A stretch of DNA of 59,553 bases from Clostridia bacterium (GTDB lineage Bacteria; Bacillota; Clostridia; Oscillospirales; CAG-272), in contig JAFSCG010000106.1 of NCBI GenBank assembly GCA_017436885.1, forward strand, positions 1 through 59,553, given 5' to 3'. Under the pieces are notes generated by a model, which ran no database searches, had not been told where the DNA came from, and saw only the letters and a program-made list of their open reading frames with translations. This document shows, one piece after another, positions 1-8,309 of the stretch. A program made the translations under genes and the position numbers. The number at the start of each line of letters is the position of its first letter. Position 1 is the stretch's first letter.

Positions 1-418
1 CCTCAAGGCTTTGGCCCTGAGCAAGCACGGGGTATTCAAAGGTAAACGGCTCGTCTATCTCCTCGGGAGCTGTGGTTACGGGCTCGGTTACGGGCTCAGT
101 AACGGGTTCCGTGATCGGCTCGGTTATGGGTTCGGTTATGGGTTCTGTTGGGGCCTCGGTGGTTATCGGTGCTTCCGTAGTGATAGGCGTTTCCGTAGTG
201 ATAGGCGCTTCCGTAGTGATAGGCGCTTCCGTAGTGATAGGCGCTTCCGTGGTAACGGGAGCTTCCGTAGTTATCGGAGCTTCGGTAGTAACGGGCGCGA
301 TGGTCGCGGCGTCGGTGATCTCGTCCGTAACGGGTGGTACGGGCGTGTTGTTGCATGCCGAAAGGCACACTGCGGCAAGTATCAGAGAAAGTGCGGACGT
401 AGGCTTGAAGTGCTTCAT
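1..418 (-). CDS. secreted lipoprotein, N-terminal part only (gene runs off the left edge), with Thr/Glu/Ala/Pro tandem-repeat linker
   Basis: Reverse-strand ATG at 416-418 with GGAGGA 6 nt upstream. It translates to MKHFKPTSALSLILAAVCLSACNNTPVPPV..., i.e. a signal peptide plus lipobox LSAC, followed by (TTEAPI)n. There is no stop before position 1, which is why it is absent from the ORF track. Confidence 0.7.
   Translation of the reverse strand, partial: MKHFKPTSALSLILAAVCLSACNNTPVPPVTDEITDAATIAPVTTEAPITTEAPVTTEAPITTEAPITTEAPITTETPITTEAPITTEAPTEPITEPITEPITEPVTEPVTEPVTTAPEEIDEPFTFEYPVLAQGQSLE
66..296. repeat. in-frame tandem 12-bp and 18-bp coding repeats (about 8 copies of GCTTCCGTAGTGATAGGC-like units at 153-296)
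   Basis: Direct reading shows near-identical 18-mers at 171-188, 189-206, 207-224 and 225-242, with diverged copies on either side. They encode the TTEAPI linker of the minus-strand lipoprotein. Confidence 0.85.
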
Positions 419-538
419 ATATTTTCCTCCATGTTACCGAGGTTATCTGATTACAGTATACAAAAAGAGGAATAATATGTCAATGAACGGTTTTTTAACT
501 ATTTGTAAACTGTTTATTAATAAAACGAAATGAAAAAC

Positions 539-644
539 AGCCTTCTCCTGTGGGAGAAGGTGGCAGCCGAAGGCTGACGGATGAGGAGTTTTTTTAACAC
601 CTCATCCACCGCGTTGCGGTCCCCCTTCCCCCACCGGGGAAGGC
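539..644. repeat. five-hairpin intergenic palindromic element (family A, copy 1)
   Basis: GCCTTCTCC-tgtg-GGAGAAGG, GCAGCC-gaa-GGCTG, GGATGAGG-loop-CCTCATCC, ACCGC-gtt-GCGGT, CCTTCCCC-cacc-GGGGAAGG. The same architecture and arm sequences recur at 6164-6279. Confidence 0.8.
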
Positions 645-716
645 TTAAGTTTTGTTTGCTCTGAACTCGCCGCAGGCATCATAACCTGCTACCTGCTCTG
701 CGGCAGACGTGTCAAG

Positions 717-2081
717 TCAGTCCTTTTTTCTGGAAAGCATCAGGTTGGTAAGGATGCCGAGGATAAGTGCGCATGCGATGGAGGTAATGGTTACCTTGCC
801 GATAGCCATTGCGGTGCCGCCGATACCGCAGATAAGAATTACGGAAACGGTAAAGAGGTTTGCGTGGTTATCAAGGTCGACCTTCTGGATCATCTTAAGA
901 CCGGAAACAGCGATAAATCCGTAGAGGGTGATGCAAACGCCGCCCATTACGCATCCGGGAATGGAATCAAGGAATGCAACGAAGGGAGAAATGAAGGAAA
1001 CGATCACTGCCATTACAGCGGTAGCGGTAATGGTAAGAACGGAAGCGTTTCTGGTGATAGCAACGCAACCAACGGACTCGCCGTAGGTGGTGTTGGGGCA
1101 TCCGCCGAAGAATGCGCCGGCAATAGAGCCGATACCGTCACCAAGGAGGGTGCGGTGCAGACCGGGATCCTCAAGCAGATCGCTCTCGATAATGGAGGAG
1201 AGGTTCTTGTGGTCTGCGATATGCTCTGCAAATACAACGAAAGCAACGGGGATGTAAGCAACTGCAACGGTTGCAACGTAGGAGCCGTTAAGCTCGCCAA
1301 GACCCTTGAAGCCCTCGATAAAGGTGAACTCGGGGATAGCAAGGAAGGTCTTAAGGCTTACGCCGCCCTCAACCAGCGCCTTGAAGGGAGCAAAATCAAT
1401 TACCATAAGTGCAGGGTTCTTGGTAGCGATGCCGATAACGGTGAACACGAGTGCTACCGCGTAGCCTGCGAGGATACCGATAATAAAGGGGATAAGCTTT
1501 GCCATTCTCTTGCCGTATACGGAGCAGAGGGTAACAACTGCAAGAGTAACGATGGCGCAAATGAAGGACGGCCATGCGCTTCCGCTCATAATAAAGGAGC
1601 CGTTTCCGTCCTGGGGACCGTAGGAGAATACGTCCTTAACGGCCGCGCCCGCAAGGGAAAGACCGATAAGTGCAACGGTGGGTCCGATAACGACTGTGGG
1701 CATAAGCTTGTTTATCCAGTTAACGCCCGCAAACTTAACGATAATGGCGATAACAACGTAAACAAGACCTGCAAAAAGCGCGCCCAGAAGAAGTCCGAGG
1801 AATCCGAGGGACATGGACGCCGCACCTGCAAATGCGGTTACCATAGAGCCGATAAATGCAAAGGAGGAGCCAAGGAATACGGGGCTTCTGAACTTGGTGA
1901 AAAGCTGGTAAACGATAGTACCGACACCTGCACCGAACAGTGCGGCGGCAGCGGTCATTCCGTTACCGACGATAGCGGGAACTGCAATGGTTGCAGCCAT
2001 AATGGCAAGAAGCTGCTGGAAAGCAAAAACGATAAGCTGACCAAACTTGGGTTTGTCTTTAACGCCGTAGATGAGTTTCAT
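717..2081 (-). CDS. NCS2-family nucleobase (uracil/xanthine) permease
   Basis: ORF 717..2120 trimmed to the ATG at 2081 (MKLIYGVKDKPKFGQLIVFAFQQLLAIMAATIAVPAIV), with GGAGGAAG upstream. The protein is polytopic and has the NCS2-type motif PNTTYGESVG. Confidence 0.85.
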   Translation of the reverse strand: MKLIYGVKDKPKFGQLIVFAFQQLLAIMAATIAVPAIVGNGMTAAAALFGAGVGTIVYQLFTKFRSPVFLGSSFAFIGSMVTAFAGAASMSLGFLGLLLGALFAGLVYVVIAIIVKFAGVNWINKLMPTVVIGPTVALIGLSLAGAAVKDVFSYGPQDGNGSFIMSGSAWPSFICAIVTLAVVTLCSVYGKRMAKLIPFIIGILAGYAVALVFTVIGIATKNPALMVIDFAPFKALVEGGVSLKTFLAIPEFTFIEGFKGLGELNGSYVATVAVAYIPVAFVVFAEHIADHKNLSSIIESDLLEDPGLHRTLLGDGIGSIAGAFFGGCPNTTYGESVGCVAITRNASVLTITATAVMAVIVSFISPFVAFLDSIPGCVMGGVCITLYGFIAVSGLKMIQKVDLDNHANLFTVSVILICGIGGTAMAIGKVTITSIACALILGILTNLMLSRKKD

Positions 2082-2263
2082 ACTTCCTCCAAAAGAATAT
2101 ATTTGAAAATATTTTAGCACCTACCGCGGGTCAAGTAAACCTTTTTTCGACAAAAAACGCCGTTTCTCCCTTTTGCACAAAAATCAGGGGTCCGTGCTGT
2201 GCGCTATTCTGCCCGCAAATGTGTAATATCGCGTAATTGGAGAGAATTTATTTCCCAAAGCTA

Positions 2264-2292
2264 TTGCAAAAAAAACGGCAACAAGTTATAAT
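2264..2292 (+). promoter_or_regulatory. sigma-A-type promoter of yajC (TTGCAA-17 nt-TATAAT)
   Basis: TTGCAA at 2264-2269, a 17-nt spacer, then TATAAT at 2287-2292, about 45 nt upstream of the yajC ATG. Confidence 0.55.
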
Positions 2293-2335
2293 ATGATATT
2301 ATACTATGTAAAAAATTACCCAAGGAGGCTTTATA

Positions 2336-2671
2336 ATGTTTTCTTATTTTCTCACCGAAGGCACCGCAGATGCAGGTAACATGGGCGCAATGGGCGGCAT
2401 GAGCACCATTATCATGCTCGTTATCCTGTTCGTTGCCATGTACTTCATCGTTATCCGTCCCCAGAAAAAGCAGGAGAGAGAAAAGGCACAGATGCTTAAC
2501 GGCCTGCAGGTAGGCGACGAGATCACCACTATCGGCGGTATCATCGGTAAAGTTATCAGCATCAAGGAAGAGACCTGCATGATCGAGACCGGCAAGGATA
2601 AGACCCGTATTCGTATCCTCAAGTCTGCAGTGAGTCATGTAGACGTAAAGGCCGAAGACGCTCAGCCTTGA
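2336..2671 (+). CDS. yajC: preprotein translocase subunit YajC
   Basis: 111 aa with a single TM helix, followed by IVIRPQKKQEREKAQMLNGLQVGDEITTIGGIIGKV, which is typical of YajC. AAGGAGG lies 8 nt upstream. Confidence 0.9.
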   Translation: MFSYFLTEGTADAGNMGAMGGMSTIIMLVILFVAMYFIVIRPQKKQEREKAQMLNGLQVGDEITTIGGIIGKVISIKEETCMIETGKDKTRIRILKSAVSHVDVKAEDAQP

Positions 2672-3040
2672 ATTTTTGTCCGTATGCTTCAGAACGTTCG
2701 ACAGGCACGACCTTGCCGTACGCAAGTACGGCAGCGCCCAACCGTATCTCGCGCGAGCGAGATAGACGCGACCGGAGGGAGCCGACCGCTTGCGGTCGAT
2801 GATGTACCTATCTCCGTTCTTCGCCTACGAACAAAAATTACTGCGGCTGACATTATTGGAACGTATGGGAGGGGTCTCCCCTCCCGCAATGCTTCATCCC
2901 CGCTGACGACCTTGAGCGCAGAGCCTTGAGATCCTTCGATCGCTTCGCTCTCCCGAGGATGACACAATGCTCGCAGCGAAGGATCTTGCGGGGACTCGCC
3001 CGTTGATTCATTTTCCGCTTATTTTCCGAATATAATGTAA
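2672..3040. repeat. intergenic array of short GC-rich hairpins (mosaic of repeat families)
   Basis: Hairpins include GCCGTAC-gcaa-GTACGGC, TATCTCGC-gcga-GCGAGATA, GACCG-cttgc-GGTC and GGGAGGGG-tc-TCCCCTCCC. The 23-mer at 2867-2889 is identical to 14703-14725. Confidence 0.7.
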
Positions 3041-3064
3041 AAAACCTTATTTCGGGAGGGGAAA

Positions 3065-3487
3065 ATGGTAAGAACGAAAAAAAGGGGCGGGAATTTATCT
3101 CCTGCGGCACGCGTATTTATTCGTATGGCGCTTGCATTGATTGCAACGGCGGTCTTTGCCGTGATATCGGTATTTGCTTCAACGGCCGTTGTTTACGCAA
3201 CGGACGATCCGGGCATGCACGTTGCTGTGGGTGCTTACTGTGCTCTGGCGCTTACTGCCGTGGCGTGCGGAATATTTTCCGCGATATTTTGCCGCGAGTC
3301 CGCTTTTTTATGTGCGCTTTGCACCTCGGGCGCTTCTGCTTGCATTATGCTTGCTGTTGCCGCCTGCTCGGGCGGGGTCTCCCCTGTCTGTGTAACCTTT
3401 TACGCGGCATTTATGCTTATTGCCGTGCTTTTTGCGGGCATCTTCTCCCGCAGGCCCCAAAGAGGACCGAAAACAAGAAGAAGATAA
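3065..3487 (+). CDS. small integral membrane protein (4 predicted TM helices), function unknown
   Basis: 140 aa with GGGAGGGG upstream, a basic N-terminus, hydrophobic Ala/Cys-rich segments and a basic C-terminus. Confidence 0.6.
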   Translation: MVRTKKRGGNLSPAARVFIRMALALIATAVFAVISVFASTAVVYATDDPGMHVAVGAYCALALTAVACGIFSAIFCRESAFLCALCTSGASACIMLAVAACSGGVSPVCVTFYAAFMLIAVLFAGIFSRRPQRGPKTRRR

Positions 3488-3529
3488 AGGAATCTTACCG
3501 CATTGCGGTTTTATAAAGGATGTATAACT

Positions 3530-6157
3530 ATGAGATGGATGTCACTTAACGAGGTACGCGAAAAGTACCTTTCCTTCTTTGAGACCAAGGGCCACCTTAG
3601 ACTGCCCAGCTATTCTCTCGTTCCCCAGAACGACAACAGCCTTCTGCTTATCAACTCCGGTATGGCGCCTATGAAGAAGTTCTTCACAGGTGAGGAGGAG
3701 CCCCCTCGCCGCCGAGTTACCACCTGCCAGAAGTGCATTCGCACCCCCGATATCGACCGTGTCGGCATCACTGCGCGCCACGGTACCTTCTTCGAGATGC
3801 TGGGTAACTTCTCCTTTGGCGATTATTTCAAGGTGGAGGCTATTACCTGGGCGTGGGAATTCCTTACCGAATGGATGGAGATCCCCGCAGAGCTGCTTTA
3901 TCCCTCTATTTTCGAGAACGACGAGGAAGCCTTCGAGATCTGGACCAAGAAGATCGGCGTTCCCGCGGAGCGCGTTATCCGCATGGGACGCGAGGACAAC
4001 TTCTGGGAGCACGGCTCCGGCCCCTGCGGCCCCTGCTCCGAGATCTATTTTGACCGCGGCATCAAGTACGGCTGCGGCAAGCCCGATTGCAAGCCCGGCT
4101 GCGATTGCGACCGCTTCATGGAGATCTGGAACAACGTATTCTCCCAGTTCAACAACGACGGCAACGGCAACTACACCGAGCTCGTGCAGAAAAACATTGA
4201 TACCGGTATGGGTCTGGAGCGTCTTGCCTGCGTTCTGCAGGGCGTTAACAATCTCTTCGAGGTAGACACCGTAAGAAACATTCTGGACACCGTTTGCTCC
4301 TATGCGGGCAAAAAGTACGGCGAAAACGATAAGAACGATATCTCCATCCGCGTGGTTACCGACCACATTCGCGGTGCCTCCTTCATGATAAGCGACGGCA
4401 TCCTCCCCTCCAACGAGGGCAGAGGCTACGTTCTGCGCCGTATCCTTCGCCGTGCCGCACGCCACGGTCGTCTGCTTGGCATCGATCGCGCTTTCCTTGC
4501 CGATCTTTGCGACGTTATGATAGATCAGAACGCCGGCGCGTATCCCGAGCTTGAGGAACGCCGCGAGTACATCAAAAAGGTAATAGCAATGGAGGAGGAG
4601 CGCTTCAACGCAAAGATCGACTCCGGTCTTTCCATCCTCAACAAGCTTATTGCCGACACCAAGGCGGAGGGTGGCAACGTTCTTCCCGCCGCAGGCGTAT
4701 TCGAGCTTCACGATGCCTTTGGCTTCCCCATCGACATCACCCGCGAGATCGCGGCTGATGCGGGTCTGGACGTTGACGAGGAGGGCTTTACCGCTCTCAT
4801 GAACGAGCAGCGTGCCCGTGCCCGTGCCGCACGCGCCAACATCGGCGGCTGGTCCGAGAGCTCCAAATCCTATCTTGCCGACCTGCCCAAGACCGCATTC
4901 TGCGGCTATACGGGCACCGAGGGCGAGGGCAAGGTGCTTTGCCTCATTTCCGGCGAGGACAAGCTTGACATGGTTACCGATGGCGATTTCACCCTCGTGC
5001 TTGACACCACCCCCTTCTACGGAGAGGGCGGCGGTCAGGTAGGTGATAGCGGCGTTATCTCTAACGCTAACTTCACCGCACAGGTGCTTGACACCAAAAA
5101 GACCGACGGTATCTACCTCCATCTTTGCCGTGCCGTTTCCGGCACTCTGAAGATAGGCGACACCGTTTGCGCCAAGGTCGATGCCGACCGTCGTGCCGCC
5201 ATCGCCCGCAACCACACCACCTGCCATCTGCTCCAGGCGGCTCTGCGCCGTGTGCTCGGCACCCACGTTGAGCAGGCAGGCTCTTACGTTGATGCCGATC
5301 GCGTCCGCTTCGACTTTACCCACTTTGCCGCCGTTACCCCCGATGAGCTTAAGACCATCGAGGAGCTCGTAAACGGCGAGATCCTCCGCGGCGAGGCAGT
5401 TATCACCACCGAGACCGATATCGAGAGCGCAAAGAAGGCAGGCGCAATGGCTCTGTTCGGCGAGAAGTACGGCAGCACCGTTCGCATGGTCAAGGCAGGC
5501 GAATTTTCCACCGAGCTTTGCGGCGGTACTCACCTTGATAACACCGCAAAGGCAGGTCTTTTCAAGATAGTTTCCGAGTCCTCCGTTGCCGCAGGCGTAC
5601 GCCGTATCGAGGGCACCACGGGTCTTGGTATCCTTGCAGAGCTCAACGCAAAGGACGATATCCTTGTTGCCGCCGCAAAGGAGCTTAAGGCAACCTCTGT
5701 AAACGACCTTGTTCGCCGTATCGGCGCGCTTCAGGCCGAAATAAAGGAAGCAAAGCGCGAGCTTGATTCCGCAAACGAAAAGCTGAGCGCTGCAAAGCTG
5801 GACGGCATCCTTGCAAACAAAAAGCAGGTAGGCGGCATCTATCTTATCGCTGCCGAGCTTGATATGAAGCCCAATGCGGTCCGCGCTCTCTGCGATAAGA
5901 TCAAGGCGGAGCACAGCGACTGTGTTGCGCTCTTTGCCGCAGTTTCCGAGGGCAAGCTTAATTTTGCCGCGGCTTGCGGACCCGATGCCGTTAAGGCAGG
6001 CGCACACGCAGGCAATCTCTGCAAGCAGGTAAGCCTTATCTGCGGCGGTAACGGCGGCGGACGCCCCGATTCCGCAATGTCCGGCGGCAAGGATCTTTCC
6101 AAGGTAAAGGAAGCTCTTGCCGAGGCAGAGAATATCCTCTCCGGAATGTTGAAGTAA
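3530..6157 (+). CDS. alaS: alanine--tRNA ligase
   Basis: ORF 3503..6157 trimmed to the ATG at 3530, with AAAGGA 9 nt upstream. LNEVREKYLSFFETKGH, FEMLGNFSFGDYFK and the C-terminal editing/DHHA1 region are colinear with AlaS. Confidence 0.95.
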   Translation: MRWMSLNEVREKYLSFFETKGHLRLPSYSLVPQNDNSLLLINSGMAPMKKFFTGEEEPPRRRVTTCQKCIRTPDIDRVGITARHGTFFEMLGNFSFGDYFKVEAITWAWEFLTEWMEIPAELLYPSIFENDEEAFEIWTKKIGVPAERVIRMGREDNFWEHGSGPCGPCSEIYFDRGIKYGCGKPDCKPGCDCDRFMEIWNNVFSQFNNDGNGNYTELVQKNIDTGMGLERLACVLQGVNNLFEVDTVRNILDTVCSYAGKKYGENDKNDISIRVVTDHIRGASFMISDGILPSNEGRGYVLRRILRRAARHGRLLGIDRAFLADLCDVMIDQNAGAYPELEERREYIKKVIAMEEERFNAKIDSGLSILNKLIADTKAEGGNVLPAAGVFELHDAFGFPIDITREIAADAGLDVDEEGFTALMNEQRARARAARANIGGWSESSKSYLADLPKTAFCGYTGTEGEGKVLCLISGEDKLDMVTDGDFTLVLDTTPFYGEGGGQVGDSGVISNANFTAQVLDTKKTDGIYLHLCRAVSGTLKIGDTVCAKVDADRRAAIARNHTTCHLLQAALRRVLGTHVEQAGSYVDADRVRFDFTHFAAVTPDELKTIEELVNGEILRGEAVITTETDIESAKKAGAMALFGEKYGSTVRMVKAGEFSTELCGGTHLDNTAKAGLFKIVSESSVAAGVRRIEGTTGLGILAELNAKDDILVAAAKELKATSVNDLVRRIGALQAEIKEAKRELDSANEKLSAAKLDGILANKKQVGGIYLIAAELDMKPNAVRALCDKIKAEHSDCVALFAAVSEGKLNFAAACGPDAVKAGAHAGNLCKQVSLICGGNGGGRPDSAMSGGKDLSKVKEALAEAENILSGMLK

Positions 6158-6163
6158 TTATAA

Positions 6164-6279
6164 GCCTTCCCCGGTGGGGGAAGGTGTCAGGCGATAGCCT
6201 GACGGATGAGGCGCTTCTTGACAATGACTCCTCATCCGTCACGCCCTTGGGCGTGCCACCTTCTCCCGCAGGAGAAGGC
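6164..6279. repeat. five-hairpin intergenic palindromic element (family A, copy 2)
   Basis: GCCTTCCCC-ggtg-GGGGAAGG, GTCAGGC-gata-GCCTGAC, GGATGAGG-loop-CCTCATCC, CACGCC-cttg-GGCGTG, CCTTCTCC-cgca-GGAGAAGG. It lies immediately after the alaS stop. Confidence 0.8.
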
Positions 6280-6312
6280 TTGATTTGTAATATCATTTTC
6301 ACAGAGGTCAAT

Positions 6313-6972
6313 ATGGTACATCTCGGAAACAGCTGGGACGAGCTTCTTTGCGATGAGTTCAAAAAAGAATACTATCTCCGTCTGCGGGAGTTTTTAAAAA
6401 GGGAGTATGCCGATCCCGCTTTTCCCGTTTATCCTCCCATGCACGATATTTTTAACGCTCTGCGGCTGACGGATTATCACGCAGTCAAGGCGGTCATCAT
6501 CGGTCAGGACCCTTACCACGGGGAGGGTCAGGCTCACGGGCTTTCCTTTTCCGTTAAGGACGGGGTGCCCCCTCCGCCCAGCCTTGTTAACATATTCAAG
6601 GAGTATTCCGCCGACCTCGGACTTCCCGTGCCGCAAACGGGCGACCTTACCCCGTGGGCAAAAAACGGCGTGCTGATGCTCAACGCCGTGCTTACGGTGC
6701 GCGGCGGCATGGCGGCAAGCCATCGCGGCAAGGGCTGGGAGATATTTACCGACAGGGTAATAGAGCTGTTAAACGAGCGCGAACAGCCCATCGTTTTCCT
6801 GCTTTGGGGCGGCTTTGCAAAGAAAAAGGCAGAGCTTATCACAAACCCCGCGCATCACATTCTCACAGCCGCACACCCCTCGCCCCTTTCCGCCTACAAC
6901 GGATTTTTCGGTTGCAGACATTTTTCCAAGGCGTCAGCCCTTGTAAAAGGCGGTATTGATTGGCGTCTTTAA
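6313..6972 (+). CDS. ung: uracil-DNA glycosylase
   Basis: ORF 6184..6972 trimmed to the ATG at 6313 (MVHLGNSWDELL). GQDPYHGEGQAHGLSFSV and the HPSPLSA motif are present. The upstream 43 codons are the repeat element read in frame. Confidence 0.92.
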   Translation: MVHLGNSWDELLCDEFKKEYYLRLREFLKREYADPAFPVYPPMHDIFNALRLTDYHAVKAVIIGQDPYHGEGQAHGLSFSVKDGVPPPPSLVNIFKEYSADLGLPVPQTGDLTPWAKNGVLMLNAVLTVRGGMAASHRGKGWEIFTDRVIELLNEREQPIVFLLWGGFAKKKAELITNPAHHILTAAHPSPLSAYNGFFGCRHFSKASALVKGGIDWRL

Positions 6973-6984
6973 TTGCTTTTTGCG

Positions 6985-7013
6985 TTGACAAGTGCATTTT
7001 TTGGGTGTATAAT
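6985..7013 (+). promoter_or_regulatory. consensus sigma-A promoter (TTGACA-17 nt-TATAAT)
   Basis: TTGACA at 6985-6990, a 17-nt spacer, then TATAAT at 7008-7013. Confidence 0.65.
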
Positions 7014-7019
7014 CGTCTA

Positions 7020-7278
7020 AACAAAAGAATAACGCAGATCATCGGCCATGCCGTTGTCGGGCAGCTAAAAAGCTGCTCGGGGATAAGGAAATCGCGGTGC
7101 AAGTCCGCGGCAACAGCCATTACCGTAACTCCCTTTGGGGTCAAGTCGGAATGCTTATCGGTCTGTGCACGTAAAAGTCTCTTGGGCAAACGGGGAGGCT
7201 GTGTAACGGCGGGCGCGTCCCGCCCCTTTCGGCATGGCAGTGCCGACACACAGTACCCGTGAAGGGTACTTTTATTTT
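7020..7278 (+). promoter_or_regulatory. candidate cobalamin (B12) riboswitch with intrinsic terminator
   Basis: The core AAGGAAATCGCGGTGCAAGTCCGCGGCAACAGCCATTACCGTAAC resembles the conserved GGTGxAAxTCC...ACxGTAA core. GTCAAGTCGGAATGC is B12-box-like. The terminator is GTACCC-gtga-GGGTAC plus a T-run at 7253-7278. The downstream genes are of types typically under B12 control. Confidence 0.6.
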
Positions 7279-7311
7279 ATCCTTTTGATCTGATTAAAAG
7301 GAGAAAGAAAA

Positions 7312-7743
7312 ATGAAAAAGCTTATCAATTCAACTGTTGTTACCGTAGTTTCCCTCGTGCTTGTTTTCTGCCTTGTGGCTTGCGGAGGTCCCACCGTGGA
7401 CAAAACAGGCCTTTGGGAGAACGCCACCTACCTTAAGGACACCGAGCTTGGTAAGGGTGCAAACACCTGCGTTGCCGAGGTGGTAGTGGGCGATCAGAAG
7501 ATCACCTTCACCGTACATACGGACAAGACCACCGTTGGTGCCGCACTCCTTGAGCACGGCATTATCGCAGGCGAGGAGGGTCAGTACGGTCTTTACATCA
7601 AGCAGGTAAACGGCATCACCGCCGATTACGACGTGGACCAAAGCTATTGGGCCTTCTACATCAACGGCGAATACGCCATGACAGGTGCAGATATGACGGA
7701 CATAGCCGAAGGCACCGTATACCGCTTTGAGTACACAAAGTAA
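7312..7743 (+). CDS. DUF4430-type lipoprotein (transcobalamin/intrinsic-factor-like corrinoid-binding domain)
   Basis: MKKLINSTVVTVVSLVLVFCLVACGG gives a signal peptide plus lipobox. The C-terminal segment YWAFYINGEYAMTGADMTDIAEGTVYRFEY is typical of DUF4430. Confidence 0.7.
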   Translation: MKKLINSTVVTVVSLVLVFCLVACGGPTVDKTGLWENATYLKDTELGKGANTCVAEVVVGDQKITFTVHTDKTTVGAALLEHGIIAGEEGQYGLYIKQVNGITADYDVDQSYWAFYINGEYAMTGADMTDIAEGTVYRFEYTK

Positions 7744-8260
7744 AAGAAGTAAGATAAGCCGCAGATTGCGGGATATCGTGCTTTTTGCCGCTCTTGGAAC
7801 GCTGATGTTCGTTTCCAAGCTTATAATGGAGGTTCTGCCAAACATTCATTTGCTTGGAATGCTTACCATGGTCTATACGGTGGTGTTTCGTAAAAAAGCG
7901 CTGATACCCATATATCTCAACGTTGTCCTTATCGGTATTTACGGAGGTTTTTCCCCGTGGTGGGTACCTCATCTCTATCTATGGACCGTTCTTTGGGCGG
8001 TTACGATGCTGATACCAAAAACGATCTCTGCCAAGGTCGCCTGCGTGGTATATCCCGTTATATGCGCCCTTCACGGTCTGTTTTACGGAACTCTGTACGC
8101 TCCCGCACAGGCGTTGATGTTCGGATTCAATTTCAAGCAGACTGTGGCGTGGATAATATCGGGAATTCCCTTCGACCTGCTTCACGCTTGCGGTAACTTT
8201 GCCGCAGGGTTTTTGGTGCTGCCGCTTTCCGGGCTTATGAAAAAACTGTACAAACAATAA
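7727..8260 (+). CDS. ECF-transporter S-component-like membrane protein (CbrT/BtuM-like candidate)
   Basis: 177 aa with a basic N-terminus followed by about 6 TM helices. It overlaps the preceding stop codon. The start is uncertain: TTG at 7727, with alternatives TTG 7766 or GTG 7778, and no clear RBS. Confidence 0.55.
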   Translation: MSTQSKRSKISRRLRDIVLFAALGTLMFVSKLIMEVLPNIHLLGMLTMVYTVVFRKKALIPIYLNVVLIGIYGGFSPWWVPHLYLWTVLWAVTMLIPKTISAKVACVVYPVICALHGLFYGTLYAPAQALMFGFNFKQTVAWIISGIPFDLLHACGNFAAGFLVLPLSGLMKKLYKQ

Positions 8261-8263
8261 ACG

Positions 8264-8304
8264 AAAACAGCATCCCGCGGAGATCTCTCCAAGGGGTGCT
8301 GTTT
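8264..8304. terminator. bidirectional hairpin between convergent genes
   Basis: AAAACAGCATCCC (8264-8276) pairs with GGGGTGCTGTTT (8293-8304). Confidence 0.55.
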
Positions 8305-8309
8305 GACTG

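Noticed and set aside
864-2117. 417-aa plus-strand ORF covering the permease locus
   Set aside because: It is antisense to a well-supported NCS2 permease gene. Its composition is low-complexity and Gly/Asn/Cys-rich, typical of the reverse frame of a GC-rich membrane gene, and it has no RBS.
3488-3529. T-box leader upstream of alaS
   Set aside because: Only about 40 nt separate alaS from the preceding gene. There is no specifier or T-box sequence, so alaS is probably co-transcribed.
3542-6007. 821-aa minus-strand ORF opposite alaS
   Set aside because: It is an antisense shadow ORF of a GC3-rich gene. It has no family resemblance, whereas alaS on the plus strand is unambiguous.
6184-6312. 43-codon N-terminal extension of ung starting at GTG 6184
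   Set aside because: The extension is the family-A hairpin element read in frame (PSPAGEG...). The ATG at 6313 gives the canonical UNG N-terminus.
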